Below, one piece after another: positions 45,030-56,400 of a stretch of 64,000 nucleotides of DNA (position 1 is the stretch's first letter; every line of letters starts with the position of its first letter). This DNA is from a virus. The stretch lies in IMG/VR virus record IMGVR_UViG_3300027963_000040. One strand, given 5' to 3'. The notes under the pieces were generated by a model. It worked only from the letters and a program-made list of their open reading frames with translations. It was not told where the DNA came from and ran no database searches. The position numbers and the translations under genes are program-made.

Positions 45030-45484
45030 TAGCTCCAATCATCTTTCTTTTTATTTACTTTTTTCTCTTCGCTTGGAATTTTTTGATGTGAATCAAGTAG
45101 TGTTTGATATTCAACTTGAAGTTTTTGATAAGCATCATTCACCAAATTATAATTATTCATATGCTCTTCATAGTTCTTTTCGATCTTGTCACATTTTTCT
45201 TTCAGATCACCAAGAGCAATGATTTCATCTCTATACCTTGCATGTTCATCACGATAGGTATCTCTTTGAATAGTCGTAGCTTCAAGACCAGCTAGAAGTT
45301 GTGTGACTTGTTCAGATAGAGTAAAATTTTTATCTGTCTCTTCTCTGATGGAAGTATCTTTTGCTTTTAATGAATCATTAAGCAGAGAGATTTTAGCCTC
45401 AGCTTCAAGACATCTTCTCATAACATCAATGATAAATGTTTCTTGACATTTCATGTAAGACAAAGTAAATTTTTCATCAGTCAT
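45029..45484 (-). CDS. coiled-coil hypothetical protein
   Basis: Charged heptad-like sequence. Confidence 0.7.
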   Translation of the reverse strand: MTDEKFTLSYMKCQETFIIDVMRRCLEAEAKISLLNDSLKAKDTSIREETDKNFTLSEQVTQLLAGLEATTIQRDTYRDEHARYRDEIIALGDLKEKCDKIEKNYEEHMNNYNLVNDAYQKLQVEYQTLLDSHQKIPSEEKKVNKKKDDWS

Positions 45485-45499
45485 AATAAAATTCTCCTA

Positions 45500-48463
45500 T
45501 TAGAAGGAACCACCATCAAGTGTTCCATAAACGAGCGTTGAGCCATTGGATTGTAGAACATAACCATTTGTTCCAAGATTTAGTTTTGATAAAGATGTAG
45601 ATCCACTTGCAACAATAATATCACCAACAGCAAACGAAGTCAAACCAGTACCACCAACGTTTGCAGACAAAGTACCAGTTACAATATTCGTGGCGTCAGT
45701 ATAGTAAGTGGCTGGTTGACCATTTAGATTTGTAGCATTACTAGAAGTACCACCATAGCTAGTCGAGTTAATCGTGACACCGGATAGTGATATCTGACCT
45801 GCGGTAATATTGGTGTTGACCGTAGAGTTACCAACGAAGTGCGACGTTGTATTTATGTAAGAATTTACACCGGCATATACAAAGCCGAAGTTCGTGTTCG
45901 TGCCAGTGAAGTTAATATTACCGGAAACTGTAAAGTTACCAGATGTATTAACAACGGCGGAACTCAATCTAGCATCGGGTAATGTACCAGTCGTAAGATT
46001 GGTTGCATTAGTATAAATGGCTAAACCATTTACAAAGAAACCATTCGTATTAACTACAGCATTGACTGTAGCATTACCAACTGCTAGAGACGAACCATTC
46101 AGAATCGCTGTATTACCGGCATTGATTGTAATCGACGAATTTGTAGTCGATACATTGATTGTAGAGTTACCAACAATTAGATTTGCCTGGAATGTTTGAG
46201 TTCCAGTTATTGTAAATGCTGCTGATGTATTAACAACATTGGCGCCAAGCTGCGCGTAAGGAAGTGTACCGGTCGTAATGTTAGTTGCGTTAGTATAGTA
46301 AGACGCAGGCTGACCATTCAGATTATTGGCGTTATTCGCCGTTCCTTGATAAATCGTAGAGTTAACAGTTACACCAGAGATAGAAACCTGACCAGCGGTG
46401 ATGCTTGTATTTACAGTTGTGTTACCTGTAAATAATGCCGTAGTACTAACTACTGTATTCGCACCGACATACACCGCACTGAAATAGTTGTTAGTACCAG
46501 TGAAATTGATATTACCAGCAACTGTAAAATTAGCCGAAGTGTTTACGTATACAGAAGCTGCAGCGCCAGCAAGATTATTGGCATTGTTAGCGGTGCCAGA
46601 ATAATTGGTCGCAGTGATTGTCGCACCAGAGATGCTAATCTGACCTGCAGTGGTGTTTGTATAAACTGTGGCATTACCAACCGCAACCATGGTTGTATTG
46701 ATAACAACATTTGCACCAACAAACAATCCGTTATTAAAATAATTATTTGTTGATGTGATATTTAAATTACCGCCAATAACAAAATTACCAGAAGTGTTTA
46801 CGATGGCTGAACTATGTCTAGCATCAGGCAATGTTCCGGTAGTAATGTTGGTAGCATTAGTATAATAAGAAGCGAGTTGCCCATTCAGGTAAGTTGAATT
46901 ATTTGACGTACCGCTGAAATTCGTAGCATTAATCGTACCGTAAGTTGTAGTGTTACCTACGTAAAGATTATTTGCTTGGAACGGAGCGATATTGAACGAA
47001 TTGTTTGACTGATCAATGTAAACACTTGCATCTGGTTCTGGAATATAACCATCGAATACTTTCCAAACACCAGTTACGTGGTCTCTGAAGAAACCAGTAT
47101 GGTGATATGTTCCGTCATTATAAGCAGCAGCAAAACCAAGATCCGGATTTGTATCTGACTGACCTCTAGCAAGACCACCTGATGTATAAGCAGCTGAGTT
47201 AGTATTAGCAACTTTAAACGTAGTCGAATTAGCTACCGTAACAACATAAGTGCCATTATAGGACGAAGGTGTTACATTAGTTACTAGAACAGACCAAGTA
47301 GGAGCAAAATTATTATTTGCAGTGAATGTAATAACACTACCATTTCCGCTGATATTACTGATGTTTGTCAGAACACCTTGGTTCAAGAATAGCATGTTAT
47401 CGGTATACGCTACGGTATTACCATTGATAACATTATAAGAACCACTAACCGTTAAGTTACCTGTGATTACTACAGAGCCACCTAGATTAGTATTTCCAAG
47501 TGTTGAAAGAGTTCCAGTGTTTACGGCAGTAGAGTTTACAGTCGTGTAAACGCTGGTATTACCAACAGTGATTTGAGTTGTGTTAACAACGACATTTGCG
47601 CCAACAACAAGACCGGAAGCATAAACATTTGTAAACTGATTATTCGCACCAGTAAAATTGATATTGCCTGCTACGGTATAGTTACCCGAAGTATTAACAT
47701 AAGAACCAGAAGAAGCGCCGCCAAGATTATTAGCGTTATTCGCCGTACCGGTGTAAATTGTAGAGTTGACTGTCGCACCAGAGATTGCAATCTGCCCAGC
47801 CGACATATTTGTATTGACTGTAGCATTACCAACAAACGCAGAAGTTGTGTTAACAGTTACATTGGCACCAATGTATAAACCCTGGGTGAAATAATTGTTG
47901 GCTGCAGTTAGATTAAGATTGCCACCAACCGTAAAGTTACCAGATGTATTGACGTATACAGATGCCGCAGCTCCGCCGAGATTATTGGCATTGTTGGCTG
48001 TACCGGAATAATTGGTTGCATTTACAGTACCAGCGCCGATACCGACTGTATTCGTGGTTTTATCAAACGTGAAACCAGCCGAAGCGTTCAGAGATATAGA
48101 ATCGTTAAACTGAATTTGAGTATTAGAACCAGCAACTCCTGGTAATGGAGTGTACCAATAAACGTTTGCTCCATTGGTTGCAAGTAATTGCCCAGCACTA
48201 CCTAAAGATCCATTTGCATAGACAGATCTGACGTTTACCGTAAGGACTTTAATCTGATCTAGGAAACCGGTAGAGTTTGCTACAAGAGCTTGATTGGCGG
48301 TTAATACGCCTGGAAATCTAGCACCACCAATAGCAACAATTGAACCGTTCGGGCTACCAATAAAAAGTTGATCGCCATTAGAAGTATAAGCAAGCTCGCC
48401 ATTGGCCAATCCAATAGGATTAGCATTGGTAGTACTACGCTTGATTTGAATCTGATTAGCCAT
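45500..48463 (-). CDS. long repetitive tail fibre protein
   Basis: QIKRS...GELAY N-terminus, repeated YYTNATNITTGTL and GTANNANNL units, ends LDGGSF. Confidence 0.85.
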   Translation of the reverse strand: MANQIQIKRSTTNANPIGLANGELAYTSNGDQLFIGSPNGSIVAIGGARFPGVLTANQALVANSTGFLDQIKVLTVNVRSVYANGSLGSAGQLLATNGANVYWYTPLPGVAGSNTQIQFNDSISLNASAGFTFDKTTNTVGIGAGTVNATNYSGTANNANNLGGAAASVYVNTSGNFTVGGNLNLTAANNYFTQGLYIGANVTVNTTSAFVGNATVNTNMSAGQIAISGATVNSTIYTGTANNANNLGGASSGSYVNTSGNYTVAGNINFTGANNQFTNVYASGLVVGANVVVNTTQITVGNTSVYTTVNSTAVNTGTLSTLGNTNLGGSVVITGNLTVSGSYNVINGNTVAYTDNMLFLNQGVLTNISNISGNGSVITFTANNNFAPTWSVLVTNVTPSSYNGTYVVTVANSTTFKVANTNSAAYTSGGLARGQSDTNPDLGFAAAYNDGTYHHTGFFRDHVTGVWKVFDGYIPEPDASVYIDQSNNSFNIAPFQANNLYVGNTTTYGTINATNFSGTSNNSTYLNGQLASYYTNATNITTGTLPDARHSSAIVNTSGNFVIGGNLNITSTNNYFNNGLFVGANVVINTTMVAVGNATVYTNTTAGQISISGATITATNYSGTANNANNLAGAAASVYVNTSANFTVAGNINFTGTNNYFSAVYVGANTVVSTTALFTGNTTVNTSITAGQVSISGVTVNSTIYQGTANNANNLNGQPASYYTNATNITTGTLPYAQLGANVVNTSAAFTITGTQTFQANLIVGNSTINVSTTNSSITINAGNTAILNGSSLAVGNATVNAVVNTNGFFVNGLAIYTNATNLTTGTLPDARLSSAVVNTSGNFTVSGNINFTGTNTNFGFVYAGVNSYINTTSHFVGNSTVNTNITAGQISLSGVTINSTSYGGTSSNATNLNGQPATYYTDATNIVTGTLSANVGGTGLTSFAVGDIIVASGSTSLSKLNLGTNGYVLQSNGSTLVYGTLDGGSF

Positions 48464-48822
48464 TAAAAGCTGCCCCCGTCTAGGTCCATTTGTCTAATGA
48501 CATATTTATTGTTTGTTGTATTGAACACCAGCGTGCTGTTATTTGCCGGAGGATTTTGTGAAAGCTGAACGTCGGAAATCGAAGACACGGTGATATTCGC
48601 TATACTATTAGCTACAAGATTTGATGCATAAACTATCGCGTTCGCGTAAGTCGTGGCATCATTAGCCAACATAACAGTCGAATTAGAATACCTACTAAGA
48701 TCAGAAATGGCTGAAGTGGTTACAACAGGAACACTGGATGGCACTGTCAAAAGCGAGCCGTTTTGATTGACTACCTTAACTTTATATTGGTTATTCGTTA
48801 TCGATTTAACTACGAAAGCCAT
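48463..48822 (-). CDS. virion structural / fibre adaptor protein
   Basis: ISDV...STLVFN motif, ends LDGGSF. Confidence 0.7.
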   Translation of the reverse strand: MAFVVKSITNNQYKVKVVNQNGSLLTVPSSVPVVTTSAISDLSRYSNSTVMLANDATTYANAIVYASNLVANSIANITVSSISDVQLSQNPPANNSTLVFNTTNNKYVIRQMDLDGGSF

Positions 48823-48824
48823 GA

Positions 48825-49151
48825 TTACCTCGTCACTTGTGGAGTGACCGTTACAATTCCTTCAACAATACGCGATCGAACCCCAGTAAGATCTTCGACC
48901 TCAACATCATATACATAACGACCTGCAACAATACTTCCCGTTGTTGCAGCGCCCATAGAAAGAGTTACTTGTCCATTACTATTCAATCCGACATTGAATG
49001 TGTAAGCGCTCGACGAAGAATATGTTTTTCTAATCTGAGAATTAGCCGTATAGCCTGTGAAATCGATTGGCTCGTCTGATATGTTGTGGATTGTATACGT
49101 TGTATTGAACGTAGCTCCCTGGTCGATTACAATGTTTATTTTAGCTGCCAT
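48825..49151 (-). CDS. conserved T4-like virion structural protein
   Basis: IDQGATF...GRYVYDVE...RIVEGIVTVTPQVT. Confidence 0.75.
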   Translation of the reverse strand: MAAKINIVIDQGATFNTTYTIHNISDEPIDFTGYTANSQIRKTYSSSSAYTFNVGLNSNGQVTLSMGAATTGSIVAGRYVYDVEVEDLTGVRSRIVEGIVTVTPQVTR

Positions 49152-49160
49152 GTCAACCTC

Positions 49161-50768
49161 TTATGGAACTATAGAAGTTCTGATGAATTTAGCAACAACA
49201 TTTGCTGTAGATGGTGTTAGCTGTAATGCAATATTACCACCGTTAATAATAACGTCAAAAGTTCCAAGAGAAACGATGTTGAACAGAGTCCCGTATTCAG
49301 TTAGGTAAGGAGTTGTTCCGTCGTGTATAATTGAAATTTTTGTGATGTGGTAATAAGGATTTGGCGTCACCGTAGAGTCCGAAAGCTGCACGGTGTATTC
49401 GTATGAACGATATGTGGATGCCGAGACGCTGTCTATATTAGCAGCTGCTGTGCTATTCGTGAATGTATAACTATTTGCGAATTGATGACTGATACCGTTT
49501 AGTAACATTCTACCAGCCACAGCAACATTGGAAGATAATGTTGTCACACCAGCAACAGCCAAAGTATTTGAAAGCGTTGCGTTGCCTGTAACGACGATCG
49601 TGTTAGTAAACGTTGCGTTGCCCGTCACAGCTATTGTATTCGAAACAGTTATTGCCGAATTTACAGCAACTACGGTTGTGTTTACCGTTAGTATTTGCGA
49701 CCCACCTGCAGTTATTCCAAAAGTTGCTGTTGCAGGTCGATAAATTCCCGTGTCAGTGTTACTAGTGAACGTAATCGCAGGAGCTCCAGCAGTGCCAGCT
49801 GGAACGAAAACATTATTTGAAATTATTACATTATTAGGATAAGAATTTGAAACGTATATTGAGTTCCAATACGCGGTCGTATTACCTAAACTGTAAACAG
49901 CATTTGACGAAGGAAGCAAAGAATTCGCGAAACTGGTCGTTCCAGTAACGATAAGATTTACTGTATTCGTGGTAGTTCCGTAAATGCTATTCGCATATAC
50001 GACGGACCACCAACTGTTGGCATTACCGAGTTTGATAAAATTGTTTGAAAAAGGTATAATATCTCCACCACTAGTACCGGCATATGCTAGATTTCCGCCA
50101 ATTGAAACGCTACCCTCAATTCTCAAATTACCAGCAATATTACTCGTCACTGCTCCAGAAACGTTCAGCTGGTTTACATTAGCAAGACCACCAATCAAAA
50201 CAGAATTAGCAAAAGTTGTATTGCCGACAATCGTAGTATTTGTTGTGTTTGCTAATAGCGTATTGCCGTTAATTGTAAGAACGGAAAACGAACCGTTTGC
50301 TTTTATTGCCGTATTACCGGTTATTGTAGCGATAGCATTAACGTTGAAGGAGGTAGAGGTTACATTTGTTACAGATGAATTGACGTTCAGGTAATTACCA
50401 CCAAGCGTAGTATTGCCGCCTGTCGGAACGATATAAACAGCATTAGACGTGATTACAACATTCGAAAACGTAGAGTTAGCGTTGAACGATACTAGATTTG
50501 ATCCAACGTAAGTGAAAGCTGTATTTGTTATTAGATTGAGCGTATTACCGACAGCAAGAGTTCCTCCGGCAATACCCGTATAAGCCACGAGAGTGTTCGC
50601 TCCGAAATAACCATTTACATAGCCATTACCGGTCGACAAAGAACCGGCAGTAGATGTGTCTATGGTAACTGCGTTTTGAGATGCGATACTAGCAAGAGTA
50701 TTTGTTACGGTTATCCAAGTACCGAAGGTATCTGTATTCGATACGACGTTGGCTACTGCAATAGTCAT
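49161..50768 (-). CDS. virion structural / fibre protein
   Basis: TDTFGTW N-terminus, DTGIYR, C-terminal IHDGT..YLTEYG domain. Confidence 0.75.
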   Translation of the reverse strand: MTIAVANVVSNTDTFGTWITVTNTLASIASQNAVTIDTSTAGSLSTGNGYVNGYFGANTLVAYTGIAGGTLAVGNTLNLITNTAFTYVGSNLVSFNANSTFSNVVITSNAVYIVPTGGNTTLGGNYLNVNSSVTNVTSTSFNVNAIATITGNTAIKANGSFSVLTINGNTLLANTTNTTIVGNTTFANSVLIGGLANVNQLNVSGAVTSNIAGNLRIEGSVSIGGNLAYAGTSGGDIIPFSNNFIKLGNANSWWSVVYANSIYGTTTNTVNLIVTGTTSFANSLLPSSNAVYSLGNTTAYWNSIYVSNSYPNNVIISNNVFVPAGTAGAPAITFTSNTDTGIYRPATATFGITAGGSQILTVNTTVVAVNSAITVSNTIAVTGNATFTNTIVVTGNATLSNTLAVAGVTTLSSNVAVAGRMLLNGISHQFANSYTFTNSTAAANIDSVSASTYRSYEYTVQLSDSTVTPNPYYHITKISIIHDGTTPYLTEYGTLFNIVSLGTFDVIINGGNIALQLTPSTANVVAKFIRTSIVP

Positions 50769-50771
50769 TTG

Positions 50772-50987
50772 TTACTTCTGCCCTATCAGTTGTCTCAGCA
50801 GAGATTTGATCTCTTCTATATCATTTTTCATTTGTTGATTTTCGTCGACGATCTTCTTTAGTTTCATTTTCTCTTCGCGTTCTTCTTTGTATTTATTTAA
50901 CTCTTTTACATTAGTGTTGAGAATCGCATTGCTTTGTTTTTCTCTGATTAAATTTTTATTGTCTTTTACTTTTAAAAATTCCGTCAT
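50772..50987 (-). CDS. small conserved hypothetical protein
   Basis: SNAILNTN followed by a coiled coil. Confidence 0.7.
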   Translation of the reverse strand: MTEFLKVKDNKNLIREKQSNAILNTNVKELNKYKEEREEKMKLKKIVDENQQMKNDIEEIKSLLRQLIGQK

Positions 50988-50988
50988 G

Positions 50989-53487
50989 TTAGACCTGCAG
51001 AGCCAAACATCTCATATCGGACATTTTGGGAACGATTTGATACGTGTCGGACACGAGAACGATTTTAACGGCAAACACTTTAAACGTATCAAACACGCCG
51101 TCTGCAGAAGTTATGTAACGCGCAATACTGTTATTGTTGGCGTATTTGAACGCTCCAGCCTGAGACTGCATACCAGGAATCAAACCAACAGCGCAGTTAG
51201 AAGAAACGAACGAAAGGTTAGAAGCCAATACCATCGAAGTTGAATTTGCGATTTGATTTACCTTTCGTACGTTAATTTTTCCGGTTGTATTGTCTGTGAT
51301 ATAGATAAAATCACCAGCATTGAAAGGATCGGTTGATCCGACCGAAACATTAGCTGAAGTCGCGTTAACACTAGCCGAATTGGCGACGATCTGAACAGAA
51401 GTAGGAAGATCGTATACGAGTTCTACATAGTCTTCTTTGTTCACAAGACTGCTTATGAGAGCCGTACTTGTCGTTTCAACTAATGCAGACCAATCTTTAG
51501 CTTGAAATGTATCGCTGTCAGAACCAGCAAGGAATTTACCATACACTTTTAAATCAGTGCCTGGGGGTCTATATGCAGTTACGTAACAAACCAAATCTTC
51601 AGCATCTTGCTGTTCGGCTAGAATAACATTTTTTGAAATATAACGAGTCGCGCTCGAAGAAATATTGCCCGTCTCTCCGAATGTGGCGACAGCCGTTATG
51701 TTAGCCGTAATAGCCTGCGTGGCGTTATAAATGCTGGTGTTTGAGATATTGAAAGTCGAGATCGAAGAAACATTTGATGACACTACGTTTGTAACGTGCA
51801 GTATAGATGAGTTACTGAAGAATACAGTACCGTTGGACGTAACGGTAGAATTAGCCTGTTGAACGGCATCGCCAATTGCGAAATTACCAGCAGAGTTGCT
51901 GTAAGATATGACGAAACCGTTTATTGAAGTATTCGGATAAACAAGATTATGTGTGGTCGTTACAGAGTTTCTGATTGTGTCAATGTACGGAGTGATTTTT
52001 GTATTCGATGTTTGAAGAGTCGCTGTTACAGTTAGAGAACTGTTTCCTACACCAGCTGATGGCGGATTAGCGAATTCGCTACTTCTTGACATAATTATTC
52101 TAGTTTTATCTATGAAATCATATGGAATTTCGTTGGCGATTGAATAGCTCGCGCTATCGCTTGTTCTTCCGGTATTATTACCTGTGCCAGAAAAATTCCA
52201 ATATGTTGCTGTCATATTAGGCTCAACATCTGGAATCGTAGTCGTGATACCTTCATACATCAAATCGTAAACGTCGCTAATTACAACGGAAGCTCCAGAA
52301 GTTCTACCTATCAACAGAGCGCCTTGACAATTAGCAAAATTAGACGTTGCATTAACAGCGACCGAAGTCATTGTTAAAAACATATTGTCCCCACCAGTTA
52401 TGCTTGAAAAGTTACCGGTAAGATTGGCATCATTTTTTACTCTACCAATGATAGCTGCAGGATCAGTAAACTTTAAAGCTCCAGAAAGAGTTAGCGTTCT
52501 AGAAGCAGCCGAAGCGCTGTTAACTTGTAAAATCTGAAAGTTAGTTTTTGCGCTCGTACCAACGTAGATAAAATTGCCTACGGCGAAATCTGTTGTCAAA
52601 GAAGTGTTTGCGTCGGGAACTGTTATTACGTTACAAGCTGAGGTTGTTGCAACGTTTGCGTAAACAGCAGAAGGAGCGGTTGTTATAGTATTAGATGTAG
52701 CCCCTCTCAGACCGCTAACGGCATCAAAAGATCCGTAAGTATTGCTCAATAATACTTTGGTGTTGCTTGCGTAATAAACAGTACCATACGCGGTGGATTG
52801 CGCGAGGTTCGCTGTTGAAGTTCCCAGAGGTTGGAATACCATTTCGCCGTTCGCAAAGGTATTGGAACCGGAGATTGTAAGAGATGTATTACGCATATAG
52901 TTGTTTGAGACTACCAGCTTCTCTTGTTTTAAAAAATCACCAATTTTATCAGTTACAACCAGGTGATCCGTCAACGCATTATTAAACACCGCTGTCGCCG
53001 AAGAAGAAGTAAAATTAGCGATATATGCGGTGTACTTTAAACTTTCGTTTTGCGCTGGAGTGAAATTTAAATCGTTTGAAGAGATAAACAGAGAACCAAG
53101 TTGATTGTTGTTGGTGATAGGAACGTTCGAAGATACGTCAGTTCCTCCGAGAGCACCAACCCAAATTTGATATTTTGAATCATTGGCAACTGGAGCAACA
53201 ATAATCGCGTACTGCTCATTCGTTCTCAACATTACTGGAGTATCAAATTCAAATGTCGTCGCACGAGATGCGTCCGCGCTTGTAGTCACTGCCGATGATT
53301 CGATAGTCTTTGATCCATATGGAACCACTATGTTTGTCGGAACACCATTATTCGTTTCTCTAATCTGAACTTCAACTCCAAAAATAGTCGATTTTTGCTG
53401 AAAATAAAGATCAAGCTTTGTTAGAAAAACTGCTTCGACGCCAGTAGAAGGCTCATTAATGATGAATGTTTGTGCAATTGGTTTCAT
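50989..53487 (-). CDS. virion structural protein (C-terminal half of VrlC/DUF4815-type protein)
   Basis: PIAQTF...LDLYF start, FAVKIVL...DMRCLAL end. Confidence 0.75.
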   Translation of the reverse strand: MKPIAQTFIINEPSTGVEAVFLTKLDLYFQQKSTIFGVEVQIRETNNGVPTNIVVPYGSKTIESSAVTTSADASRATTFEFDTPVMLRTNEQYAIIVAPVANDSKYQIWVGALGGTDVSSNVPITNNNQLGSLFISSNDLNFTPAQNESLKYTAYIANFTSSSATAVFNNALTDHLVVTDKIGDFLKQEKLVVSNNYMRNTSLTISGSNTFANGEMVFQPLGTSTANLAQSTAYGTVYYASNTKVLLSNTYGSFDAVSGLRGATSNTITTAPSAVYANVATTSACNVITVPDANTSLTTDFAVGNFIYVGTSAKTNFQILQVNSASAASRTLTLSGALKFTDPAAIIGRVKNDANLTGNFSSITGGDNMFLTMTSVAVNATSNFANCQGALLIGRTSGASVVISDVYDLMYEGITTTIPDVEPNMTATYWNFSGTGNNTGRTSDSASYSIANEIPYDFIDKTRIIMSRSSEFANPPSAGVGNSSLTVTATLQTSNTKITPYIDTIRNSVTTTHNLVYPNTSINGFVISYSNSAGNFAIGDAVQQANSTVTSNGTVFFSNSSILHVTNVVSSNVSSISTFNISNTSIYNATQAITANITAVATFGETGNISSSATRYISKNVILAEQQDAEDLVCYVTAYRPPGTDLKVYGKFLAGSDSDTFQAKDWSALVETTSTALISSLVNKEDYVELVYDLPTSVQIVANSASVNATSANVSVGSTDPFNAGDFIYITDNTTGKINVRKVNQIANSTSMVLASNLSFVSSNCAVGLIPGMQSQAGAFKYANNNSIARYITSADGVFDTFKVFAVKIVLVSDTYQIVPKMSDMRCLALQV

Positions 53488-53499
53488 TTACTTCCTACT

Positions 53500-56400
53500 T
53501 TATCTTCTTGGTGGTCCGAAGCCTTGACTGATCTGTGAGATATTTGGTGGTTCATTTTCAGGTGGGCAATGCGGATTTGGAATGCTTGTATCAAAATACT
53601 GCCAAGTGTCAGTCATCACTTGATTTTGATAAACAGTTCTCGTTTGTTTTTCTTCTTCTATATTTATCGTTCCAGATCTCACCTGTAGATTTGTTTTGCT
53701 TTTTTGGACAGATAAAGCAGAACAGAATAGCTTGGTTGAACATTGAGTTTCAACTGCGCCTTCGCCTACGGTTAGATTACTAATGTCAGTAATGCGGAAT
53801 TCAAGTTCGCCTTGTTTGAACAATCCAGCTGGGATAGCCAGAATACCATAGGCATTACCTGATGCATTGCTGTATAAAGCTTTACCCCAATCTGTAATAC
53901 CAGCGTACTGGAAATTACCAGAAGCTTTAGAAATATAAACTAAATTTCCTGCGTCAGTGAAATTATTACCACCGGAAGGAACTAAAGCTCCGGAGTAAGG
54001 AGCAAGAGGAAGAACGTCTTGATCAAGAGCAATTCCGTCTAGAAAGACGTGCAGCCTTGTATTCGGTTTCATACCTCTCGCGTAGAAAAAAATCTGCCTA
54101 GCTGGAACAAACTTCTGAACCGATACATCCGTAACATAATTTCCGATTTCTACATTTGTATCAGAAACGGCTGTGCTAAATCTTTTGTTGATCTGTTGCT
54201 GTTGTTTAGAAAGAGTTGTTGTAACATTAGTTTGCCAAGTTTGAAGCTGACCAGCTGCATAGTTACCACCGCTATTTCCGATTTGATTGTCACTAGATTG
54301 TTGACCAACAAATTGCGCTGACCCATAATCAGTCCAGTTACCGTATTGCGTTCCAAACATAGAGTTTAGAGAATTTGTAGCGTTAATAAAGTTAGACGAC
54401 AAATCTAGATTACTATTGATCACCGGACCTTGTGTGATATCCGAGTCAAGAATACCAGGGGGATCAAGAACAACTGTGCCGCGATACGTATATTCACCTT
54501 GTGTGCATTTTAAATATTTCGAAGCGAAAGGCTGTTGTTGAATTATGTTGTTTGAAGTATGAGGAAGCATTACGACATAACCCTTTATAACCGCAGTAGA
54601 AGCGGAAGGATTAAATTTCATACCAATAGTCTGCTGACGGAAATAAGGTCTAGCCTCAGATTTAGTTTCATCAATCGCGATCATATAATTAGGATCGTTT
54701 GTATTACCGATTGAATGGTTCTTAAACGGATCAACAAGGATACCATTTTTAAAACGATTCTGACCTGTATCGCCGCTACGAACAAGAAGCGAAGATGTTG
54801 CTTGTTCAAGCAGAGATAAAGAGGTGTAGTATTCTAGTCTGTCAATACGCGTATTGATTTTATTGATATCAGCCATCGTATAACGTTTTGTTTGTAGAAT
54901 GCTGGTCTGAACAGCATAATCATAACGATTATATGTCTTGGCTTCTGCTGGAGTTAGCGAAGGATAAGGTGCAACAGTAGCAATACCAATGGTCATCGAT
55001 CCAGGAAGTTCCGGAGGCGGTGCCGGGTTGATTGCTGGCGTTCCCTCGGTTACGAGAATCTCACCGGAAGTTGCTAAGGAGATTCTATCTTTTCTTGGGA
55101 GATAATATTGAATTGTTGACTGGTAGTTTGTTCCCGGAGTTGGTAGATACGAACCATTCGCGCCATAAGAATAAAGAGTCAAAGTGCCCGAAGGATTGAT
55201 CGTAGCAGACCCAACAGAAGAAGCGTTCGCGACTGCCGTATTAACAGCGTAAGGGCGGAAATCGACGCTATCTCTCAGATCAAACAAAGAACCGATTGTT
55301 GAAGTGTACTGAGGAATCTGATAAGTTTGAATAGCCGAAGTATTTGATGTGTTTGCATCATCGACAGGGTAAGAAGCTGCGTTGAAGAAACCTACACCCT
55401 GAGAAGGGGACGCAACAAAATTATCTACAGAAACAAGTAGCGTTGCGTTTGGAGCAATTGGAGCTGTTGTTGTAAGATAAGCAAACCCATAATAACTATC
55501 TCTTTGACCATTATCGATTCTGAAAGATGTAACTCTATCCGGATTTGATGTCGAATACGTTCCGCCGCTGTTATCAACGTAAACAGAATTCAATTTTAGA
55601 ACATCAGGGATACCAAGGCACCAAGGACCAGTTGTTCCTCCGGAGTTTGTATTAGCCTGGATTTTTACGTAAGTCGATTTATTGATAATTTTGTCAATAG
55701 GTTTAGTGCCAGAACGAAGAATATCAAAGTAAACAGATGCATCGAAGTTAGCATTGGCTGTTTCACCAAGAGCGATGTTTGCTGTCGTTGTTGAAGTAAT
55801 ATTGATTGTTCTGGTTGAAGTCTGAAAGTTTAAAGGAGATCCAGCTGGCCAAGTCTTTTGATGATTAAGACCTGAAGAAACAAAAACGAATGCCGAATCA
55901 ACAACCATAGACGTATTGTTAGAAATCGACTTGATAAGTTTCGTTGCTGTATTACAATACAAATAATCACCCACACCGTAATCGGTCAAGAACGTAGTAG
56001 AAGAACCAACGACGTTTGGAGAAGAATTACTTACAGAAACCGTTCCAGTTTTGTTATTACTATAGCCAGTTGTTACAGGAATTACAATGAACGTATTTTC
56101 TGCAGACTCTGTCAGATATCCTGTTCCGTAATTAAATGTTTCTGTTCCCGATCCAACCGCAGAAGCTAGAGTAAGAGATAGAGAACCACTTGTCGCTAGG
56201 AATGTAGCGTTTGCTCTGTTTCTGTAAGCATACTGAGCTGTCGAAGAAAACCCTTCGCGGCGAATAGCTTTTTGTCCAAAAGGAAATATCGCTGTTTCAC
56301 CAGCAGATTCTTGAATCTTAGCAATAAAATTTCCGTTGAAATTTTTATCTAGAATGATATCAGCTACTGCCTTTAAGCTTCCATTATAGTAGATAACGCT

